Positions 63,233 through 64,000 of a stretch of DNA of 64,000 bases are shown piece by piece. The position numbers and the translations under genes are program-made. Every line of letters starts with the position of its first letter. The stretch's first letter is position 1. The stretch is from Phoronis australis (lineage: Eukaryota; Animalia; Phoronida). The notes beneath the pieces were generated by a model. It did not search any database, was not told where the DNA came from, and saw only the letters and a list, made by a program, of their open reading frames with translations. The stretch is taken from contig NMRA01000614.1 in the NCBI GenBank assembly GCA_002633005.1, positions 76,974 to 140,973 of the forward strand, written 5' to 3'.

Positions 63233-64000
63233 GTGATAGTTTAACTGAGTTTTGCCATATTTTGGAAGTGGTCCAAATGACCAATGTTTAACAGGATCTT
63301 AATTGTTTGTTTGCGAAAACATAATCACGAAAGGAACATCGGTGAGCCAACTTTAAAGGACACTAAAGTTTTTAATTCTGTCACAAGGTGTCGCATAGTT
63401 AGTACATCCCATCAGAGATAACAGCATTTGCTTAGCTGTACCATCCCTTCATGAAGTTTGAAAGACTCGGTCTGGGTAGTATTTCTTCACAGTTGTCGAT
63501 TAATTCGGTCGAAGTGTTCACGATTGTTGACTGAGTAGAATTTTTAAAGAGTTTTCACTCACACTTCGAACTTTTGAGTGTTGGCGAGGGTTGAACAGAG
63601 TATTATTTTCTTCAAACATTTAAGTGATGTAGTGATACTTAACATCCTGAAAAGCTAAGGTATGGCTTAAGAATTCTCATTTTATCGTCAGAAACGACGT
63701 GCATCTTTAAAACCTTCATTGTCTGTCTTTCAGTATGCTCAGATGAATAACAAGTTTCTACAAAATGCAACGTTTTCGAGAATACAGTAACAATAAGAAT
63801 ATCTTTTAATTTATAAACAAAGTGCATGCGCAGTGACTGTTTCGTCATTTCCGGTTCCATCCATGGAACGTTTTGTAGATCATCTACGTCTGGTTTCAAA
63901 TTGTTTAAAGCTGCCCATTGGGTCCTAGCTTATAACAAAACCTCCTCCATCGGAGGATCACAGCCATTGAAAGAACGTTATGATGAAGATTCAATTAAAA

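Overview
AT-rich animal genomic DNA, probably an invertebrate deuterostome such as a hemichordate (inference from gene and transposon content). Most entries in the ORF track look spurious. Host gene: the last two coding exons of a CTHRC1-like gene (+; 2227-2428 and 8371-8534), whose intron phases match vertebrate CTHRC1 but whose cysteine pattern differs. There is also a candidate two-exon orphan gene (+; 19088-19480 and 22281-22505). The rest is mostly decayed transposons. These include an internally deleted ISL2EU-type element (THAP plus SAP/YqaJ) inside the CTHRC1-like intron, an internally deleted Kolobok (THAP plus KolX-like), a hAT transposase relic, and a Penelope-like retroelement with inverted pseudo-LTR, tail and hammerhead-like motif. 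A tRNA-derived SINE family and several MITE families are also present. A ~0.9 kb higher-order repeat carries a CTCF-like motif every ~147 bp. I found no clearly new multi-gene system. The best leads are the CTCF-motif array, the Cys-remodelled CTHRC1 domain, the Penelope ribozyme variant and the orphan gene. All family assignments come from motif recognition by eye, not database searches.
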